The translations under genes and the position numbers were made by a program. 64,000 nt of DNA from a virus: the UHGV virus genome UHGV-0112180, one strand, 5' to 3'. This document shows, in pieces, positions 18,612-28,550 of this stretch. The stretch's first letter is position 1. Each line of letters starts with the position of its first letter. The notes below the pieces were generated by a model. The model was not told the origin of the DNA. It made no database searches and saw only the letters and a program-made list of their open reading frames with translations.

Positions 18612-18919
18612 GCATCATTAAAGAAATGCCGGTAGAACGTGATGAATATGGCTGCTGGACACATCCGGAGTATGAGAAGTTTTGCGCAGGTCGTGAATAT
18701 ATTTCCACTGAGGAATTTGACGCCTGGATGAAGGAAAATAATCTTCAGTGGACTATTCGCAGTATGGATGAAGATGATTTTGATCTGGACGCAGCTGGAC
18801 CCGATATTGCCGCCTGGGAACCGGAGCGACCAGAGGGTGAAGGCTGGTTTGTTGGCTCTATCCATGACACTGAAGATGGTCCAGTTTGTATCTGGCTGCG
18901 GGAGAAGGTTGCCGCATGA
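18608..18919 (+). CDS. Hypothetical small protein
   Basis: Coupled ORF; stop overlaps the phosphatase start. Confidence 0.3.
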   Translation: MSIIKEMPVERDEYGCWTHPEYEKFCAGREYISTEEFDAWMKENNLQWTIRSMDEDDFDLDAAGPDIAAWEPERPEGEGWFVGSIHDTEDGPVCIWLREKVAA

Positions 18920-19608
18920 TCCAGGCTATGCATGAAGTGAATTTATATAGCCGTATTGATGGTTCTGGCTACAGAAACATATGGGTTGTTGGTGATCTGC
19001 ATGGTTGCTACACCAGACTGATGTCCGAACTCCATCGTGTGGATTTTGACCCGGCGCAGGATTTACTGATATCGGTTGGCGACCTTATCGATCGCGGCAC
19101 CGAAAATGTTGAATGCCTGGAGCTATTGCAGATGCCCTGGTTTCGGTCGGTTATGGGAAACCACGAGCGATTAATGATCGATGCGTTAAGTCCTGATGGC
19201 AACGTGAATAACTGGCTAATGAATGGCGGGCAATGGTTCTTCATGCTGGACGCTGATCAGGAAATATTAGCCAGGGCGCTGGTGGAGCTGGTAAGACGTC
19301 TGCCCTATATCATTGAGTTGAACACCGGGCATGAAACTATCGTTATAGCCCATGCCGACTATCCAGGTGGAGAGTACCAGTTCGGTAAGGATGTGTCGCT
19401 TTTTGATGTTGTCTGGTCGCGCAGTCGCGTCGGTGATTCGATAGATGGCATTGGTGGAGAAATCACAGGCGCAGATCGCTTTATCTTTGGGCACACACCG
19501 GTACGAAGACCAAAAGCATACTGGAATCAGCACTACATAGACACTGGCGCGGTTTTTTGCGGAAATCTGACGCTAATGCATGTGAAGGGAGGGCAGCTTA
19601 AAGTCTGA
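18916..19608 (+). CDS. Serine/threonine protein phosphatase (calcineurin-like metallophosphoesterase)
   Basis: GDLHG, GDLIDRG and GNHE metallophosphatase motifs. Confidence 0.8.
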   Translation: MIQAMHEVNLYSRIDGSGYRNIWVVGDLHGCYTRLMSELHRVDFDPAQDLLISVGDLIDRGTENVECLELLQMPWFRSVMGNHERLMIDALSPDGNVNNWLMNGGQWFFMLDADQEILARALVELVRRLPYIIELNTGHETIVIAHADYPGGEYQFGKDVSLFDVVWSRSRVGDSIDGIGGEITGADRFIFGHTPVRRPKAYWNQHYIDTGAVFCGNLTLMHVKGGQLKV

Positions 19609-19705
19609 TCAAATCATTTACGCACTCAAAATACGTTAGAACATTGATTTTAGTTTTCTAACATATTATTTTACCACTCGGAACAAAACAGAGTCGGTAT
19701 GCATT

Positions 19706-20701
19706 ATGAGTGCAATAATCACCCCATATGTCGTAAATGAAACTGGTGTGGCTGTCTTTCCTGTAGATAAGCCCACCAGCAATTACATCGGCGCAGGACG
19801 CCGTTTTCTTATATCCCCATTGCCGCGCGAACAGGTTGAAAACACCCCTGATGGCGTCGTGGACCTGAATTATTCCCTGGTTGCCAACCAGTCACTGACA
19901 CCCTTTTTTCAAAGTGAGCGCGTATTTAATGCGTTAGGTGGTGAGGATTCTATCGTTCACTGGGTTAGCACCAACATTCACGATTGCCAGGCGCATGATA
20001 AGCGTGATTGTAGCCACCAGCTAACCACTCACTTCTATAACGGTTCTGCCGTTCGCCTGTGCTGGAAGCATGATGCGGAATACATGATGAAGGGGTACGG
20101 CAAGCTTGACGACCAGCTATCCCTGAATCGCGCCAACTGGATTATGAACTGGGCCGCCAGCGAGTTAAAACTTCCGCCAGACCGCGATCTTAGCATGGTT
20201 GAACTCACCTTTTGGGCCATTCGCCGGAATCTTAAAGACGAGCTACCTGATGAAGCTGGTCGCATTGCATTTTGTCAGCCAAAGCCTGAGATCCCTACAG
20301 GCACTCTGAAAGAGTCGGATATCACCTGGGAGCACAGCACCCGCGAGCTGGTGGATATTACCGCAGAGCAGATCGTCAACCTGTCTGTAGATGAAGATTC
20401 CGGCCTGCTTTATATGCGCCGACCAAAAACGGTCCTCGGTAAAAGCCCGGCTTATCTCCGGTTTGTGGTTTCTCGTCCGTGCATCGGATGCGGTGGAAAA
20501 GTTAATCACCCGTTCATGTACCGCGCCCGCTCGTTAAACGAACACGATCGCTGGGCTGTTCCTCTTTGCGATGAATGCGCCAGAAGCGCAGAAAACGATG
20601 TCCGGGCATGGGAAAAAACGCATGGCATACGCCTTTACGTAGCCGCTAACCAGCTTTTCGATTTCGCCATCGAGCGCGGAGTGATCACGTTCAATAACTG
20701 A
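19706..20701 (+). CDS. Hypothetical protein with C-terminal Cys-rich metal-binding motif
   Basis: CIGCGG...HP...PLCDECA near the C-terminus. Confidence 0.4.
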   Translation: MSAIITPYVVNETGVAVFPVDKPTSNYIGAGRRFLISPLPREQVENTPDGVVDLNYSLVANQSLTPFFQSERVFNALGGEDSIVHWVSTNIHDCQAHDKRDCSHQLTTHFYNGSAVRLCWKHDAEYMMKGYGKLDDQLSLNRANWIMNWAASELKLPPDRDLSMVELTFWAIRRNLKDELPDEAGRIAFCQPKPEIPTGTLKESDITWEHSTRELVDITAEQIVNLSVDEDSGLLYMRRPKTVLGKSPAYLRFVVSRPCIGCGGKVNHPFMYRARSLNEHDRWAVPLCDECARSAENDVRAWEKTHGIRLYVAANQLFDFAIERGVITFNN

Positions 20702-20714
20702 TGGGAACAATGCA

Positions 20715-21014
20715 ATGAGTCAAGGTAATGGTGACGGAGCTGCAAAGTGCAGAATCTCCACTTGTTTGATTAATGACAAAAAAATAGAACCGTGCGCGGC
20801 GTTGGCACAATCCCTGGAGCAGGATGCTGAATACACGACGCGGAAAGGTCTGCTGAAATACAAAATCTATAACCATGAATTAATTCATTCACAAGACCTG
20901 ATCATGCTGCGGTCAGGCGAGCTTTCTAAATCGCCGATTCGAATTTCATTTTGCCCGTTCTGTGGTGAAAGTCTGAAAACGTGGGAAGCGGAGGCAACCA
21001 GTGATCAAAATTAA
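20715..21014 (+). CDS. Hypothetical small protein, putative zinc ribbon
   Basis: CPFCGESL motif; overlaps next gene. Confidence 0.3.
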   Translation: MSQGNGDGAAKCRISTCLINDKKIEPCAALAQSLEQDAEYTTRKGLLKYKIYNHELIHSQDLIMLRSGELSKSPIRISFCPFCGESLKTWEAEATSDQN

Positions 21015-21810
21015 CTATCAAGAACTGCGCGAGGCGGCGGAACAGGCAACGCAAGATGAATGGGTAGCATATATTTTGCCGGGTCATAACGGCATTTATC
21101 CTGCGCGCACGTCTGAGGGTAGGCATTGCGGATACTTTATTGACTGGCCTGGCATTGATGGACAAAGGAATGCTGGTGCTAATGCCCGTTATATCGCGTC
21201 TATCCCACCAAAAGTTGCGCTGGCACTCCTGGCCGAAATTAAGTGCCTGGAAGACACAAATATTGATGCCATGTGCCGAATTGCAGAACTGGAAAAACAA
21301 TGCGCTGAATGGGAGCGAAAAGCATTAAGCAACTTTGAAGAGTGTGCTGCTATGGCTGAACGTATCGAAGAGTTGCAGACAAACTCTGCACCAGGTTCGT
21401 TTGGCATCATCGGTGAAAATATTCGAACACAGGATAATCGAATAACGTCAGACCCTATGTTTTGTGTGTATCAAAAGCGCGAAATCGTTGTTGATGCTGA
21501 TTATGACTATGACCGGATTGTCTGGGTTGATGAAGATGGCAATGAAGCCAATAAACGCCAAAGTCGTCGTCTCGAACTACTTCACGAAAACTTTCGAGAG
21601 CCACCAGAAAAATGGCGGCGCGTTGCTGTGAAAGATATTGATGAATTCGTGACCTGCTGTTTCACCGAGCAGGGTTGTAAAGACTACTTGGCAGCCAATG
21701 GTCACAATCTTCGCTTGCCTTTTATATATGTAAAAAGCGGTTTCAGGAACGCTGAATATATCGGCATAAGAAACTGGCTTGCTGGCATTCGCATCAAAGG
21801 AGGTGAGTAA
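21001..21810 (+). CDS. Hypothetical protein
   Basis: 269-aa ORF, coiled-coil mid-region. Confidence 0.35.
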   Translation: MIKINYQELREAAEQATQDEWVAYILPGHNGIYPARTSEGRHCGYFIDWPGIDGQRNAGANARYIASIPPKVALALLAEIKCLEDTNIDAMCRIAELEKQCAEWERKALSNFEECAAMAERIEELQTNSAPGSFGIIGENIRTQDNRITSDPMFCVYQKREIVVDADYDYDRIVWVDEDGNEANKRQSRRLELLHENFREPPEKWRRVAVKDIDEFVTCCFTEQGCKDYLAANGHNLRLPFIYVKSGFRNAEYIGIRNWLAGIRIKGGE

Positions 21811-21982
21811 TGCGTGTGGCATGTATCGGCTTGTTACCGTACCCGACTCGTTTTTGGGCTTCTGCGCTAATTGCAAAGCCACATGTCCTGATGGCTGACA
21901 ACATCATCCCGGCACCAAAGCGCCGCCATACCGGTATTGCAGCGGCACGACGAGCAGCAAAGAAACGCAGGAGAGCAAAACG

Positions 21983-22165
21983 ATGAAAAACCGTAAAGCA
22001 AAGATTCTGTTAGTTCGTAGAAACGCCCCTAGCGTCTGGCAGTGGGTGAGACTCAGCAACCGACGGATGGGGTTGATGAAATATTACGGGATGATGGATT
22101 GTTGTTTTTGCAAAAAGCCTACCGCGGCACAGAACAGGCGGAAGAAAGGGTACGCAGTACGATGA
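21983..22165 (+). CDS. Small basic protein, tandem paralogue 1
   Basis: MKNRKAKILLVRR...; repeated immediately downstream. Confidence 0.25.
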   Translation: MKNRKAKILLVRRNAPSVWQWVRLSNRRMGLMKYYGMMDCCFCKKPTAAQNRRKKGYAVR

Positions 22166-22353
22166 AAAACCGTAAAGCAAAGATGCTTATTTCCCGTGTA
22201 TACAGACGTTGCCATCCCAGCCAGTGGTTGAGAGTTAGCAATCGCCGTGTGGTGTTGTACTTATATTCTGGAATTGCCAGAGAGGGAGTCCGAGATAAGC
22301 GCAGCGCGGCGCAAAACCGCTGGAAAAACCACCTGCGCACTAAAGGAGACTGA
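22162..22353 (+). CDS. Small basic protein, tandem paralogue 2
   Basis: MKNRKAKMLISRV...; shares N-terminus and SAAQNR motif with paralogue 1. Confidence 0.25.
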   Translation: MKNRKAKMLISRVYRRCHPSQWLRVSNRRVVLYLYSGIAREGVRDKRSAAQNRWKNHLRTKGD

Positions 22354-22354
22354 T

Positions 22355-22564
22355 ATGGCTATTGCCGCAAGTTACACCATGCATCTCTACTGTGATTGTC
22401 GCCAGTGTACAAATGGTAAATATCAAACGCCAGACTTCGGTGAGTATATCGGTACGTCATGGGCTGGCTGTGCAAAAGAGGCGCGCAAGGACGGCTGGCG
22501 AATAAGCAAAGACAAAACACGTGCTTTTGCGCCCGGGCATAAAGTTTTGAGGATTAACAAATGA
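22355..22564 (+). CDS. Small Cys-rich protein
   Basis: Start at MAIAASYT with AAGGAG ribosome-binding site; YCDCRQC...C cluster. Confidence 0.35.
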   Translation: MAIAASYTMHLYCDCRQCTNGKYQTPDFGEYIGTSWAGCAKEARKDGWRISKDKTRAFAPGHKVLRINK

Positions 22565-23421
22565 CAACTATTACCAGAGAAAACGCGGAAATTAAATCAT
22601 TCATCACTGGTTTCCTGAGCGACCCGGCGCACGACAACCAATCTACAGACAGCCTGCTTGCCAATGTGTTTCGTATCGCACAGGCATCGCTGGAAGCAGA
22701 GCCTATTGGTGAAGTTTCAGAGAAGCGACACGGCCTTGTTATGGATGGAACGGTAGACCTTGGCGGGAAATCAACTTATCGCATCATTAAGGGAGAAAAA
22801 GCGATGAAGTTGTTGCCGTTGGGGACGAAGTTTTATACCGCACCGCCAGCGCCGGTAATACAGGCTGATGTCGCGCAAGCAATTGAAAATCTCAAGCAGA
22901 AATTAGTGGAATGCAATCGCTATAACTACTGCGCAGATGCAGTTAAGGGCGTAGAGGATGCCTGCCACGCTGCCATGCTTCAGGGTATCCAACCTGTAAG
23001 CCAAACTTACAACTTGCCAGAATTAATCGAAGGGATGGAAGTTTCCATTGATGTAAGCACTTGTGATGCTGATTTAGGTAATCGCTATTTCGGCACCGTC
23101 ACCGAGGCGTTAGAACTTGATACAGCCAAGAATGGTTACATCCTCCTGGTTCAGGACGCAGAGCCAAACTTCGATGTAAATGGCAACTCTCCGGTAACTC
23201 CGGATAGTTGGATAAGCTGTAGTGATCGAATGCCTGAAAAGGGCCAGAACGTGCTTATTTCGGTGAATTTCGATAGCTCTCTGGTTGAACCGCTAATATG
23301 CTCCGCACGCTATACCGGAAGCACCTTTCGGCGCGGAGATGCAACGATTAAGCCGGGTAATGGTATTGAGCAAGCAACTCACTGGATGCCGCTACCGGAA
23401 CCGCCGCAGGAGGCGAAATGA
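22561..23421 (+). CDS. Hypothetical protein
   Basis: 286-aa ORF, coupled to neighbours. Confidence 0.4.
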   Translation: MTTITRENAEIKSFITGFLSDPAHDNQSTDSLLANVFRIAQASLEAEPIGEVSEKRHGLVMDGTVDLGGKSTYRIIKGEKAMKLLPLGTKFYTAPPAPVIQADVAQAIENLKQKLVECNRYNYCADAVKGVEDACHAAMLQGIQPVSQTYNLPELIEGMEVSIDVSTCDADLGNRYFGTVTEALELDTAKNGYILLVQDAEPNFDVNGNSPVTPDSWISCSDRMPEKGQNVLISVNFDSSLVEPLICSARYTGSTFRRGDATIKPGNGIEQATHWMPLPEPPQEAK

Positions 23422-23678
23422 TGGATGTAAAAGAGAAGGTTTTGCAGGTGATGCGTTCCCGGGCTGCCCTGCAAGATAAAGCTCTCGGCGGGGAATATCC
23501 ATTCAGGATGGCAACCTGGAATTTGCGGTTGGCAATGGAGAAGGAATTTCCTGATGAAGAATGGCGTTCGGCAGATTTGCGAAAAATCCTTATGGAGATT
23601 GCTAAAGACGGAACAGTATCTAAAGATAACCATGCCAGCCGGATTGGTCAGGCGGTATGGAGACTGGAGGTGCGGTAA
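23418..23678 (+). CDS. Hypothetical small protein
   Basis: 86-aa coupled ORF. Confidence 0.3.
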   Translation: MMDVKEKVLQVMRSRAALQDKALGGEYPFRMATWNLRLAMEKEFPDEEWRSADLRKILMEIAKDGTVSKDNHASRIGQAVWRLEVR

Positions 23679-23959
23679 TGGCTAACCTGCAACTTGCCGT
23701 CAAAGGTGAATACTTCGATGCCATGATTCGCGGAGATAAAACGGAAGAGTATCGCCTGTGTAATGACTACTGGAATAAGCGAATCATGTTCCGGGAATAT
23801 GACCGCCTGATTATCACAAAGGGATATCCGAAGCGCGACGACTCCAGCCGCAGAATTGATGTTCCGTATGACGGATATGAAATCAAGACAATCACACATC
23901 TGCACTTCGGCGATAAACCGGTAAAGGTGTTCGCGATAAAAGTGAAGATTAATAGCTAA
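23678..23959 (+). CDS. ASCH/PUA-like small protein (tentative)
   Basis: Start MANLQLAVKGEYFDAMIRGDKTEEYR with GGAGG upstream; resembles ASCH/DUF3850-type proteins. Confidence 0.35.
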   Translation: MANLQLAVKGEYFDAMIRGDKTEEYRLCNDYWNKRIMFREYDRLIITKGYPKRDDSSRRIDVPYDGYEIKTITHLHFGDKPVKVFAIKVKINS

Positions 23960-23982
23960 ATTTCAATTAACACGGAGTAATT

Positions 23983-24276
23983 ATGTGGCGCGGTAATAAT
24001 CATGGCGGAAGTCAGATGATACTTACCGAATATACGTTCGACCACAAAACCAATAAATCACGTTCAGTATATTTGCTTCGGCACAATAGCCGCGTAAGAA
24101 ATACCGTTCTGGAGCAAAATCTGACCGTTGAAATGGATAATTTGGGAAACTTCAAGCCAACAATATCGCTTGATGATTTTCCGTGTGGTTTAAGCGAAAG
24201 AGAAGCAATGCTGAAATTAGCAGAATGGTTACAAAGATTGAGCATTGCTATTGAAGATAACTGGATTCAACCATAA
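23983..24276 (+). CDS. Hypothetical protein
   Basis: 97-aa ORF. Confidence 0.3.
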   Translation: MWRGNNHGGSQMILTEYTFDHKTNKSRSVYLLRHNSRVRNTVLEQNLTVEMDNLGNFKPTISLDDFPCGLSEREAMLKLAEWLQRLSIAIEDNWIQP

Positions 24277-24300
24277 TGAAAAACAGAAAGAAAGATTGCT

Positions 24301-24510
24301 ATGACAACATTTAGTAAATTCGCAGTAATTATGATTTTATTAATCCCTCTCACTGTTACAGCAGGGGAACAGCAACATTGCACAAAAGAGAATGAACACC
24401 CTTTCATCGTTATTCAATGCGATGACGGAACGGTGACTGTGGTTAATGTAAGAAATGACCGTGTAGCTGTTTGCCGTAAAGGCGAACCATGCAAGGAAAT
24501 AAAACTATGA
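24301..24510 (+). CDS. Small secreted protein (signal peptide), AT-rich
   Basis: MTTFSKFAVIMILLIPLTVTAGE signal peptide; paired cysteines. Confidence 0.35.
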   Translation: MTTFSKFAVIMILLIPLTVTAGEQQHCTKENEHPFIVIQCDDGTVTVVNVRNDRVAVCRKGEPCKEIKL

Positions 24511-24625
24511 CAAGAATCACTAAAGAGCGTATTTCAGATATTATTTCCCGTATCGAAATGTATGGTCACGGTGCTGGATACACAGCAGATGAAGTATTGG
24601 AGCTTGCCAAAATAGCTTTAGCGCC

Positions 24626-25255
24626 TTGCAAGGAGGTAAAGCTATGACACTGATTGACTTGTTAGTGAAGGAATTATCTAAGGGGCGTGGATGGCCTGAT
24701 GGAAAAGATTTTTGCCATCTATCCATTACGATGCCAGGTAGTAGTCGCGCTACGGTTCTTTTTGGTACGCGCCATAAAAATTACCAATCATCAAAGAATT
24801 ATTCCATTGATGGCATTATTTGTGATATCAGTGACCTTGATCGCAGTGCGTTTACATCGGTTGTCACTCGTGAACAGTATGAAGCAGCTCGCATAGCGTC
24901 TCAGAAAGTCAAGTCTGAAAGTAAGGCTTACAAGTTAGATTTTGAGCAATGGCTGGAGCAGCAACGCGGGGAAATCGATGTGGACTGCGGTTGTGTGTCT
25001 GCGGAAACATTCATGCACTGGTTGCGGGTAGCTTATGAGGCTGGGAACCATCCGGTTCTTCCGGATAGTTCCCAACAAGCGCCCAGGAAAAGCGTAAAAA
25101 CCACTCTGGAAAGAGGCTATCTTGAGGCCGCATTAAAGATTAAGCCGGGCCATACGCTAGGCGTCATTGATGCCATGTTGGTTCATGAAATGGCTAAGGC
25201 TTTATTGCCGCTGGTGGCTGATAAACATGAGGCGGGCCATGCCAACGAAAGCTGA
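24626..25255 (+). CDS. Hypothetical protein
   Basis: 209-aa ORF. Confidence 0.35.
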   Translation: MQGGKAMTLIDLLVKELSKGRGWPDGKDFCHLSITMPGSSRATVLFGTRHKNYQSSKNYSIDGIICDISDLDRSAFTSVVTREQYEAARIASQKVKSESKAYKLDFEQWLEQQRGEIDVDCGCVSAETFMHWLRVAYEAGNHPVLPDSSQQAPRKSVKTTLERGYLEAALKIKPGHTLGVIDAMLVHEMAKALLPLVADKHEAGHANES

Positions 25256-25523
25256 GTTACAGGCTCGCGTAGAGATTCTTGAAAAAGAAAATGCGAGTCT
25301 AAAAGGAATGCTGGCGCGGGCGGAAAGGGAATTATCAGGCAAATTATTGCCAGAAGAGCTGCCACCAGCAGATATACCTGATCGAGTGTCCTGGTGGATG
25401 AAGTATTTCCGTGCACCGTGGGAGGCGTTTTGGTGCTACGACCATCGCAGATGGTGTGATGAGCTTGATAGCAGTTTCCCCTATTTTGCGGAAGGGAACT
25501 CTTGCCCTGAATGTAGGAGTTAA
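25239..25523 (+). CDS. Hypothetical protein (coiled-coil N-terminus)
   Basis: Start set at MPTKAELQARVEILEKENASLK with GAGG upstream. Confidence 0.3.
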   Translation: MPTKAELQARVEILEKENASLKGMLARAERELSGKLLPEELPPADIPDRVSWWMKYFRAPWEAFWCYDHRRWCDELDSSFPYFAEGNSCPECRS

Positions 25524-25753
25524 TGATGACCGGCGAGCTTTATTTTAAAATGTTTCTCGTTAGGAGTGCAGTCAAAATTTTTGGGCAATACAGGATCGAG
25601 AGGAATGCGATTAGGCATAGCCAATTCCTTATTAACTGATTGGCAACGAGGTTACGCTGATCCGTTGGTGATGAATAGTAGCAAAGCGCACAAAATCATC
25701 TGCGGTGGTTGATGTACATAACGCGTTTGCACCAAAGGTGTCTCTTTAATGTA

Positions 25754-25773
25754 TACTGTATAAATGAACAGTA
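25754..25773. promoter_or_regulatory. LexA box (SOS operator) upstream of humD
   Basis: TACTGTATAAATGAACAGTA fits CTGT-N8-ACAG, about 20 bp upstream of the humD start. Confidence 0.6.
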
Positions 25774-25792
25774 TTATTGAGGTGAAAACGCT

Positions 25793-26182
25793 ATGGGCTT
25801 CCCTTCTCCTGCGGCGGATTATGTTGAAAGCCGAATTTCTCTTGATCAGCAGATAATTAGACATCCATCAGCAACCTACTTCATGCGGGCAGCTGATAGC
25901 CATCACCGTGAGGGAATATTGCAGGGTGCTTTGCTGGTGGTTGATTCTTCGCTTACTCCAGTTGATGGTTCGCTGCTTGTGTGCGCTATGGAGGGTGAAT
26001 ATCGCATAAAGAGATACAGGAAGTATCCGCGCCAGCACCTGGAGGATTTAAGCACCGGGAAGAAAGAGGCGTTACCAGTAGATGACGATGGTTACACGGG
26101 TAGTAATGCTGTTTTTGGTGTGATCACTCATGTCATCAATGATGCCCGAAGTGGGGAATTTGATGATTGTCCGGTCATTTAA
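25793..26182 (+). CDS. humD: UmuD'-like protein (P1 HumD homologue), S24 peptidase fold
   Basis: MGFPSPAADYVE...HPSATYF...VFGVITHVIN aligns with E. coli UmuD from the GFPSPAADYVE region onward. Confidence 0.8.
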   Translation: MGFPSPAADYVESRISLDQQIIRHPSATYFMRAADSHHREGILQGALLVVDSSLTPVDGSLLVCAMEGEYRIKRYRKYPRQHLEDLSTGKKEALPVDDDGYTGSNAVFGVITHVINDARSGEFDDCPVI

Positions 26183-26254
26183 GCTGCAAAGTGCTGGTGC
26201 TTTATGCCTGTGAAGTTTATAATTGTGTACACATAACGAGTACACGAGGTGTTT

Positions 26255-26476
26255 ATGCAATCCATTAACTTCCGTACCGCGCGCGGCAACCTTTCTGAAG
26301 TGCTCAACAATGTTGAAGCCGGGGAAGAGGTTGAAATCACCCGCAGAGGCCGTGAGTCAGCAGTAATTGTCAGCAAGGCTACTTTCGAAGCCTACAAAAA
26401 AGCGGCGCTGGATGCTGAATTTGCATCCCTGTTTGACACCCTGGACTCCACCAACAAGGAACTGGTTAACCGATAA
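26255..26476 (+). CDS. phd: Phd antitoxin (prevent-host-death)
   Basis: [32 protein letters not shown]... essentially matches remembered P1 Phd; stop overlaps doc start. Confidence 0.9.
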   Translation: MQSINFRTARGNLSEVLNNVEAGEEVEITRRGRESAVIVSKATFEAYKKAALDAEFASLFDTLDSTNKELVNR

Positions 26477-26856
26477 TGAGGCATATATCACCGGAAGAAC
26501 TTATTGCGCTTCATGATGCGAATATAAACCGCTACGGCGGCCTGCCGGGAATGTCAGATCCGGGTAGGGCAGAGGCCATTATCGGGAGAGTTCAGGCCAG
26601 AGTTGCCTACGAAGAGATCACCGACCTTTTCGAAGTCTCCGCCACCTACCTGGTGGCTACAGCGAGAGGGCATATATTCAATGATGCCAATAAGCGTACC
26701 GCGCTAAACAGTGCGCTGTTATTTCTACGCCGTAACGGGGTGCAGGTATTTGATTCACCTGAACTGGCAGACCTTACCGTAGGGGCTGCGACCGGAGAGA
26801 TATCTGTATCTTCTGTCGCCGACACGTTACGTAGATTGTATGGTTCCGCGGAGTAG
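26476..26856 (+). CDS. doc: Doc toxin (death-on-curing, Fic fold)
   Basis: [17 protein letters not shown]... with [12 protein letters not shown] Fic-like motif; essentially matches remembered P1 Doc. Confidence 0.9.
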   Translation: MRHISPEELIALHDANINRYGGLPGMSDPGRAEAIIGRVQARVAYEEITDLFEVSATYLVATARGHIFNDANKRTALNSALLFLRRNGVQVFDSPELADLTVGAATGEISVSSVADTLRRLYGSAE

Positions 26857-27062
26857 ATTAATGGCACGTAGATACAACAAATTGTCCCGTGAAGCGTTAA
26901 AGATGCTTCTTGATGGCGTGAGTCGCCGCGAGGTAAAGCAATACCTGATTGGTAAGCAAATTGGCGCCAGGACCGCTATTGCTGTGTTATGCCGTCAGGA
27001 AATGGTTGTGCTTAAACAGAGAATGCTTGGTAGCAGACAAAGTGCTTCCAGTATTTGAAAAG

Positions 27063-27091
27063 AAGCCCGCCATACCAAGCGGGCTTTTTGT
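27063..27091. terminator. Bidirectional rho-independent terminator
   Basis: AAGCCCGC-CATACCAA-GCGGGCTTTTTG between convergent genes. Confidence 0.55.
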
Positions 27092-27867
27092 TATTTCACC
27101 TCTTCTGCCGCTGTATCATTGGACTGTTCTTCTTTGGCCCGTTCTGCAATCGCCGCACGGCATTTCGCCCTGGCTATAGCGATTGCTTCAGCTCGCACAT
27201 CGTCTGGAATCGTTGACGTGATATACATATCCAGTTCTTCGGCACGGAATACTGTTTGGTCCAGATATTCGCGTAGCATCCAGGTAAATTCGAAATCACA
27301 CGCGATAATCTCTGCGCTACCTTCTGCACCATTTGGGAAATGAATAAATGCCTGTTTAGCCAAACCGATAACACGACATGCGGTTGCCAAAACAGCGACA
27401 ACCAGGTTTACATTTTCACACGCTACGGGCTGATTAACGCCGGAGATTACTCCATTTAACTGTCGGTTATATGGAAGGTAGTTTGAGATGCGTTCTACGC
27501 GCCATGTGCCAGTCAGGCTGCCATTTTTAAAGATAATTGGTGTAACGGATAGCCCAAGCTCGCGTATAAGTCGTTGCGCTATAGCAGGATCATTAAACAG
27601 GTCTAATGCTACACATTCGAAAGACTGCGCAAGGGCAAACAGTTCTTCCAGAGAGTAGTCTTTGCCCCTGGCGGTGATGTAACGACGAACGCCGCTGTCC
27701 GCATCACTCCATATAGCTACGCCATGCTCTTCATTCAGTTCTTCATTAAAGCCGAGATACGTCATGATAGTGCGTTCAATCGTGTCAAACGGCAGTGACA
27801 TGTCGGCGTTAACATCCACCAGCAGACCATTACGCAAGCGGTATTGAATTGCTTTAGTATTTTCCAC
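27091..27867 (-). CDS. Hypothetical protein
   Basis: 258-aa ORF. Confidence 0.4.
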   Translation of the reverse strand: MENTKAIQYRLRNGLLVDVNADMSLPFDTIERTIMTYLGFNEELNEEHGVAIWSDADSGVRRYITARGKDYSLEELFALAQSFECVALDLFNDPAIAQRLIRELGLSVTPIIFKNGSLTGTWRVERISNYLPYNRQLNGVISGVNQPVACENVNLVVAVLATACRVIGLAKQAFIHFPNGAEGSAEIIACDFEFTWMLREYLDQTVFRAEELDMYITSTIPDDVRAEAIAIARAKCRAAIAERAKEEQSNDTAAEEVK

Positions 27868-27873
27868 GTTAAA

Positions 27874-28536
27874 TCACTCCACTACAAACCAGTCACATGC
27901 CAGTAAGTCGCCTACAGAAGGAACCCACGGAACAACTACACCTTGTGCATTTTTTAAGGCGAAATAAGCACCATACGGAACGAGGTCGCCGGGGAAATAT
28001 CCCTTAATGGCTTCCATTCGTGCCGGGTACTGTCCTTCAGGAACCAGCCAGCAGAATTGGTTTTCACCGTTCCACCCGCGTCGAGCAACTTTCTTTCCTT
28101 CCTTCAGCCACATCAGCGCGTCAGAAAAGTCGGCTGCTTCAAGGTCGATTTCTTCTTGCTGGGTGGTGATGCCACCAGCAGAAATAGTTACGCTTCCGGA
28201 AATATTAATGTTCACGCCGTTGTCATCCGTAATGATGACCGTGGTCCCATTTTCGGAGGTGTCGTTAACCCGGCTATAGCATTTTTCAAATGCTTTCTCT
28301 GGCACATAGACCGGATAGCCATTTTCAGCAGTGACGAGATATCCTCCTATTTGCGGTCGGAATCTTTCCAAGAACACACCATCAACACGAAGCGTCATTC
28401 CTTTTGGCTCAACGACTTCGATACTGCCCAAAATGGGCGCATCAGTTTCGCCGACAATAACAATATCTTTGATTTTCGATGCCCGAATGATGCTGTGGCT
28501 TTTGTATTTGGGGAACACCTGAAAAGTGCTAGCCAT
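27874..28536 (-). CDS. DUF2829-domain protein (Tad2-like C-terminal domain) with an N-terminal beta-rich domain
   Basis: C-terminal FSDALMWLKEGKKVARRGWNGENQFCWLV...VVVPWVPSVGDLLACDWFVVE fits the DUF2829 signature. Confidence 0.5.
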   Translation of the reverse strand: MASTFQVFPKYKSHSIIRASKIKDIVIVGETDAPILGSIEVVEPKGMTLRVDGVFLERFRPQIGGYLVTAENGYPVYVPEKAFEKCYSRVNDTSENGTTVIITDDNGVNINISGSVTISAGGITTQQEEIDLEAADFSDALMWLKEGKKVARRGWNGENQFCWLVPEGQYPARMEAIKGYFPGDLVPYGAYFALKNAQGVVVPWVPSVGDLLACDWFVVE

Positions 28537-28550
28537 AATCTTTCCTCTAC

